Part shown: piece by piece, positions 55,318 through 59,759 of the stretch
Layout of the letters: each line of letters begins with the position of its first letter
Position numbering within the stretch: position 1 is the stretch's first letter
Origin: Treponema sp. UBA1798
GTDB lineage: Bacteria > Spirochaetota > Spirochaetia > Treponematales > Treponemataceae
Direction of reading: 5' to 3'
Length of the DNA: 59,759 nt
Assembly (NCBI GenBank): GCA_002319875.1
Contig: DCFS01000200.1
Span: forward strand, 1-59,759
Notes under the pieces: generated by a model
Told to the model about the DNA's origin: nothing
Seen by the model: only the letters and a program-made list of their open reading frames with translations
The model's database searches: none
Translations under genes and position numbers: made by a program

Positions 55318-55721
55318 TGAAGAGCCTTTTTATCTACGATAATAGTCATAAGTGTTCCAAGCAGATCCAGAGGCAGATTTTCGGCTTCACAGTTTACCAG
55401 TGCCCCCAGTTCCTGCCAGTCCTGTCCTGAAAGTATTCCCCCGTCGTCACCGGAACCGTTCAGAAAATCCTGCATGGCTGCGAGCCGTCCGATATTTTCG
55501 TCAGCTGGTTCTCCGGCAGGGTTCTGTGAAGCATTTATATATTTTTCCATCCAGTAAGCGGCTATCGAACCGGCAAGATTGCCAAGATCTCCGTTAGCAG
55601 AGGCAAAAAGTGCGGCAATTTTTGAACAGACAACTTTGGAATCATAGCTGAGGCCTTTTTGCATGCGTTCATATTTTATCAGACGGCGTACGTCGGCACA
55701 GAATTTCCTGGAATCATACAT
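55314..55721 (-). CDS. Hypothetical protein
   Basis: Stop overlaps the radical SAM start; ATG 55721 is 7 nt after TGtTATATT. Confidence 0.75.
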   Translation of the reverse strand: MYDSRKFCADVRRLIKYERMQKGLSYDSKVVCSKIAALFASANGDLGNLAGSIAAYWMEKYINASQNPAGEPADENIGRLAAMQDFLNGSGDDGGILSGQDWQELGALVNCEAENLPLDLLGTLMTIIVDKKALQ

Positions 55722-55787
55722 AATATTCAATATAACAGAATTGGCAATGAAAACACAACGAATTTTTCGCTTTTTGGACTATTTTCC

Positions 55788-55816
55788 TTGACATTTATAA
55801 AAACTAAACATAAACT
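55788..55816 (+). promoter_or_regulatory. Putative sigma70 promoter of PTS IIA (leaderless)
   Basis: TTGACA-N17-TAAACT, 6 nt before ATG 55823, no SD. Confidence 0.7.
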
Positions 55817-55822
55817 GATTTC

Positions 55823-56269
55823 ATGGACTTGAGAACTGTTTTAACTCCCGACACAGTGAATCTTCACCTGAAGGGTAGAACAAAAGAAGAAATTATCGAC
55901 GAAATGCTGGACATTCTCGTAAAAGCCGGCAAAGTTACAGATAAAGAGGCTGCACGTGAGTGTGTATTAGACCGTGAGCGCAAGATGTCGACAGGGATGA
56001 AGCATGGTATTGCGATTCCCCATGGGAAAACGGATACGGTCACTGATTTGGTGGCATGTATCGGTATTTCTGACAATCCTGTTGATTTTGATTCCCTTGA
56101 TCAGGAACCTTGCCGGATCTTTATTATGACTCTGTCGCCGGTCAATAAAACAGGCCCTCATCTGCAGTTCCTTGCAGAAGTCAGCCTCCTGTTCAAGAGT
56201 GCAGATAAACGTCAGCAGATTCTGAATACGCAGGATAAAGCTGAAGTTATTAAAATTCTGACAGAGTAA
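55823..56269 (+). CDS. Stand-alone PTS EIIA (Ntr/fructose-like)
   Basis: RERKMSTG..GIAIPHG, VDFDSLD, HLQFLA. Confidence 0.92.
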   Translation: MDLRTVLTPDTVNLHLKGRTKEEIIDEMLDILVKAGKVTDKEAARECVLDRERKMSTGMKHGIAIPHGKTDTVTDLVACIGISDNPVDFDSLDQEPCRIFIMTLSPVNKTGPHLQFLAEVSLLFKSADKRQQILNTQDKAEVIKILTE

Positions 56270-56290
56270 GCCTTGTATGTTCTGGTCGGT

Positions 56291-56325
56291 AAAAGCCTTT
56301 ATGCGTCTGCATAGAGGCTTTTTTT
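56291..56325 (+). terminator. Intrinsic terminator after PTS IIA
   Basis: AAAAGCCTTTATGC-GTCT-GCATAGAGGCTTTTTTT. Confidence 0.8.
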
Positions 56326-56352
56326 ATCTATGATGCAAAGGTTGAAATTAAT

Positions 56353-56967
56353 ATGAAGATTGAAGCTGAATTCACAGCAAAAGATAATAAACTCTATACG
56401 ACAGATGGAGAACCTGTCCCTGTAGATGTTATGATGCGTGCGGAAGCGGCTATGATATGTGGAAAAGAACTGGAAGACGGTGCAAGGAAAAAAATAATCA
56501 GCGAGCTTGCCGCATCAAATTATCGTCCTCTGTGTGTTTATTTACCCTGGTTCCTTGTTGAAGCTTCACCTGAAGTATATAATGAAGCAGTTCTTGCGTC
56601 TCTGCATGATTTTCTGAAAGAAATAGAACCTGCCGGACTTCATGCGGTTATTGTACCTCAGCCCGATGATGATTCCAGTCCTGTTCCCCTGATTCATTAT
56701 GGTAAGCTTGTTCCCGATGCTGCAGCCTTGTTTACCGCTGCAATGAAACATACTGCCCGCCGTATAAAAGACTGCAGGTCAGTCATGGGCTTTGCCATAC
56801 CGAAAGAACTTTTGCTCGAAGGTCTCGGTGGAATCAGCCCTGCGGCTGTATATATGAAGGAACTGTCGGAAAAACATGAACAATATGTGTTTTTTGCAAA
56901 AAAAAGCGATATTGAAACAGTTGGCTATATGGACAAAATCAGTGAGACCAGTATTGTTCTGTACTAA
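56353..56967 (+). CDS. Hypothetical protein resembling a truncated clan-A (GH5-like) glycoside hydrolase barrel
   Basis: PWFLVEASPEVYNEAVLASL, AMKHTARRIKDCRSVMGF. Confidence 0.65.
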   Translation: MKIEAEFTAKDNKLYTTDGEPVPVDVMMRAEAAMICGKELEDGARKKIISELAASNYRPLCVYLPWFLVEASPEVYNEAVLASLHDFLKEIEPAGLHAVIVPQPDDDSSPVPLIHYGKLVPDAAALFTAAMKHTARRIKDCRSVMGFAIPKELLLEGLGGISPAAVYMKELSEKHEQYVFFAKKSDIETVGYMDKISETSIVLY

Positions 56968-57117
56968 AAGCGGAAAAAGGCATTATTTTCCTTTACTTGC
57001 TTTAAAAAGATTTTTATGTCAAAATAGCTGAGCTTTTTTTGGACTCTGTCGTACGTTCAGAAGCAATTCCGTATGTACGGCAGAGTCCTGATATTTTGTG
57101 TGTGCCGCAGGAGTTTT

Positions 57118-57894
57118 ATGATGTACGATATTTCAGAACGAATAGACCTTCTGAAATTATACTGGGAAATTATTTTTCTTTGTCTATTTTTTTTAGTGAC
57201 GGCTGTTTCAGTCTCTGTATTTATTCCTGCCCGGTCGAAGGATACCGCTTCGGCAGAAGTCCAGCAGCTTGCAAAAGAGTTTTTATTTCCTGAAGAATGG
57301 AATGCTGAATCCGATATGTATGCGGTCCTGCCCGGTTTTTCCGTTGATTCCTCTGTTATGGATAAAGGGCTTGAATTATACCGGGAACCGACATCACGCG
57401 CAGCAGTTGAGTGGTTTTATCTTCATATAACGGGAAAACGTGATGTAACCTATGCGATTCTTGATGAAGCCAATAAAAACGATGTACCGCTTTCGCTGGC
57501 ATTCGCACTGGCTTATACTGAAAGTCATTACAAAGCGGATGCCATAAACCGGAATACCAATACTTCAATAGACAGGGGCCTTTTTCAGCTGAATAATTTT
57601 TCTTTCCCCATGCTGACGGAGTCCGATTTTTTCAATCCCGAAACAAGTGCCAGATACGGTATGCGGCATCTCCGGTTCTGTCTTGACACCGCCGGAAATG
57701 AAGTAACAGCTCTTGCGATGTATAATGCCGGTACCGCCCGGGTCAGAAAAAACACGACACCCCGTTCTACATTATTGTATGTGGACAGTATTATGCGGTA
57801 TAAAAACAGACTTGATGCGGCTTTTTCGGATGAAATTGCTACGCAGTATACGGTTAATCATGATTCTGATTCACGCCTTGCGCTGGCAAAGTAA
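57118..57894 (+). CDS. Membrane-anchored lytic transglycosylase (SLT domain)
   Basis: N-terminal TM; ALAYTES, DRGLFQLN, AMYNAG; SD GGAG before ATG 57118. Confidence 0.9.
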   Translation: MMYDISERIDLLKLYWEIIFLCLFFLVTAVSVSVFIPARSKDTASAEVQQLAKEFLFPEEWNAESDMYAVLPGFSVDSSVMDKGLELYREPTSRAAVEWFYLHITGKRDVTYAILDEANKNDVPLSLAFALAYTESHYKADAINRNTNTSIDRGLFQLNNFSFPMLTESDFFNPETSARYGMRHLRFCLDTAGNEVTALAMYNAGTARVRKNTTPRSTLLYVDSIMRYKNRLDAAFSDEIATQYTVNHDSDSRLALAK

Positions 57895-57898
57895 GTTA

Positions 57899-57916
57899 TT
57901 GTGATTTTATTCACAA
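57899..57916. promoter_or_regulatory. Rex-operator-like palindrome
   Basis: TTGTGATTTTATTCACAA, one mismatch to TTGTGAANNNNTTCACAA; arms extend to 10 bp. Confidence 0.6.
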
Positions 57917-58025
57917 TAACAAACGCTTTCTTGTGTTTTTTATAAAAACGTTCTTTCCCCGGTAGAGATTCCGATTTCCTTTTATTGACGGTTTTTATTT
58001 TTTGACATAGCATATATTCAAGTTT

Positions 58026-58043
58026 CTGTTATAAATATCACAG
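58026..58043. promoter_or_regulatory. Second Rex-like site abutting the rex RBS
   Basis: CTGTTATAAATATCACAG, downstream of TTGACG-N17-TAGCAT (57985-58013). Confidence 0.45.
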
Positions 58044-58052
58044 AGGATATAT

Positions 58053-58685
58053 ATGTCAATAATACCTGAGCATACCCGGAACCGGCTTGTGCAGATTGCA
58101 CAGCTGCTTTCCCAGCAGAAAACAGACCGTATAACCTCGAAAACACTGCAGAGTCTGACCGGATGGTCTGACTCTGTAATACGCAGGGATATTCTTCTGC
58201 TTGGCTACAGAGGAGGGGTGTCGAACGGTTACGATGTAAAGAAACTGCATGATGCGATCTGTTCTATTCTGAAAATTGGTATAGGATTTGAAACGATGCA
58301 GAAATGCTGTATCGTGGGGCTTGGAAGACTTGGAGCAGCACTGCTTGAGAGCAGTATTTTTGAAGGGTCTCCCTTCCGTGTTACCGCTGGTTTTGATTCG
58401 AATGTCAACCGGACGGAAATTCTCCGTTCGACGTTTCCTTTGTATCCGGCTTCAAAACTGGAATCCATTGTTGTGGAACAGCATATATCTTACGCAATTC
58501 TCGCCGTACCGGAAAATGAAGCCCAGTCTTCAGCAGTACGTCTGGCGGCGTGCGGTATACGGGGAATCGTGAATTATACGAATGCCATACTGTCAGTTCC
58601 CGGTTCCACAGTTGTAGAAAATGTGTCACCGGTAACTGCGTTGACCTGTTTATCTGCCCGTCTGGCAGATGCTATTAAAGAATAA
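58053..58685 (+). CDS. rex: Rex-family redox-sensing regulator (divergent)
   Basis: N-terminal wHTH (ITSKTL...IRRDI...GY), Rossmann IVGLGRLG, AGFD, AILAVP, GIRGIVNY. Confidence 0.8.
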   Translation: MSIIPEHTRNRLVQIAQLLSQQKTDRITSKTLQSLTGWSDSVIRRDILLLGYRGGVSNGYDVKKLHDAICSILKIGIGFETMQKCCIVGLGRLGAALLESSIFEGSPFRVTAGFDSNVNRTEILRSTFPLYPASKLESIVVEQHISYAILAVPENEAQSSAVRLAACGIRGIVNYTNAILSVPGSTVVENVSPVTALTCLSARLADAIKE

Positions 58686-58695
58686 GGGGGTTGTA

Positions 58696-59759
58696 ATGAG
58701 TAGGGTTTATAATTTTTCTGCCGGACCATCCTGTCTTCCGGAAGAAGTTCTGAAAGAAGCTGCAGCTGAAATGACAGATTATCAGGGAAGCGGACAGTCT
58801 GTGATGGAAATGAGTCACCGTTCTTCTGCCTTCAAACCGATTATCCAGAATACGGAAACGCTTGTCCGGAGGCTGATGAACGTTCCTGATACCTATAAGG
58901 TTCTGTTTCTTCAGGGTGGCGGTTCGACGCAGTTTGCCATGATACCGATGAATCTGGGAATTCATACGGGAAAAGCTGCATATGTGAATACCGGCATATG
59001 GTCCGGGAAAGCCGTTAAGGAAGCGGAGAAATTTATTACCGTTGATGTCGTTGCATCTTCGGAAGACCGTAACTTCTGTTATATTCCCGATACCGGAAAA
59101 ATCCGCGGAGATTATGACTACGCATATATCTGCTTTAATAATACGATCAAAGGTACACATTTTGAATATATTCCCGACACCGGGGACATTCCGCTTGCAG
59201 CAGATATTTCTTCGTGCATACTGTCCGAACCGCTCGACATTTCAAAGTTCGGCCTCGTGTTTGCCGGTGCACAGAAAAACCTCGGGCCTGCCGGTGTGAC
59301 GCTGGTTATTATCAGAGAAGATCTTCTTACCGGAACGCCGCTTAAGGGAACGCCGACCATGCTTACCTATAAGACGCATGCCGATGATGGTTCCATGTAT
59401 AATACGCCTCCCTGCTATGCCATCTACATCATGGGGAAAGTTCTTGCCTGGATCGGGAAAAACGGCGGGGCTGAAGGCATGAAGAAACGCAATTATGCGA
59501 AGGCGAAACTGTTGTACGATTATCTTGACGGCAGCCGGTTTTATCATGCGACAGTCGGCAAAGGCAGCCGGTCGATCATGAACATTCCGTTTCTGACAAG
59601 GGAAACCGATCCTGAAAAAGCGGATATCATCAATAAAAAATTCGTTTCGGAAGCTGCTAAAGAAGGGCTTGTCAACCTTGCAGGCCATCGTACGGTCGGA
59701 GGCATGCGTGCATCCATTTACAACGCAATGCCGATTGAAGGTGTTGAAAAACTGATCAG
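58696..59759 (+). CDS. serC: Phosphoserine aminotransferase (3' partial; absent from the ORF track)
   Basis: Translated by hand: MSRVYNFSAGPS, SVMEMSHRS, LFLQGGG, AGAQKNLGPAG, MYNTPP, GHRTVGGMRASIYNA. Confidence 0.97.
   Translation, partial: MSRVYNFSAGPSCLPEEVLKEAAAEMTDYQGSGQSVMEMSHRSSAFKPIIQNTETLVRRLMNVPDTYKVLFLQGGGSTQFAMIPMNLGIHTGKAAYVNTGIWSGKAVKEAEKFITVDVVASSEDRNFCYIPDTGKIRGDYDYAYICFNNTIKGTHFEYIPDTGDIPLAADISSCILSEPLDISKFGLVFAGAQKNLGPAGVTLVIIREDLLTGTPLKGTPTMLTYKTHADDGSMYNTPPCYAIYIMGKVLAWIGKNGGAEGMKKRNYAKAKLLYDYLDGSRFYHATVGKGSRSIMNIPFLTRETDPEKADIINKKFVSEAAKEGLVNLAGHRTVGGMRASIYNAMPIEGVEKLI

Overview
Core-genome window of a spirochete, very likely Treponema, judged from protein sequences and gene order. 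1-22.2 kb is the transcription/translation supercluster: 3' end of rpoB, rpoC, rpsL, rpsG (no fusA), a 570-bp structured spacer, tuf, then the S10, spc and alpha operons (rpmJ is missing from the ORF track), ending in a small unannotated basic Zn-ribbon gene. 22.3-29.1 kb is a branched-chain amino-acid ABC system with two tandem binding proteins plus a CBS-ACT gene. 29-59.8 kb holds housekeeping genes: tkt, lgt, a MinD/FlhG-like ATPase, ctpA, rsmE, a TagA/WecG-like gene, a sigma54 activator, trmJ, an SDR, a STAS protein, two membrane proteins, murA, pepT, a thrC-like gene, GH13, malQ, a radical SAM gene, PTS IIA, an SLT, a rex-like gene and a partial serC. I see no rRNA, tRNA, CRISPR array, prophage or transposase. 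Best leads: (1) a cryptic, divergent LptF/LptG-like permease pair at 41.7-44.5 kb; (2) a co-oriented DnaA-box cluster at 41.4-41.7 kb, away from dnaA; (3) a candidate lineage-specific ribosomal protein after rplQ; (4) about 10 apparently leaderless genes; (5) several pseudoenzyme-like proteins (ThrC without its PLP lysine, TagA without its Asp, a GH5-like fragment); (6) structured leaders in the ribosomal cluster. The ORF track labels lgt (32652-33641) and the MinD/FlhG-like gene (33638-34789) as +, but the sequence shows both on the minus strand. All calls are by eye, with no database searches.
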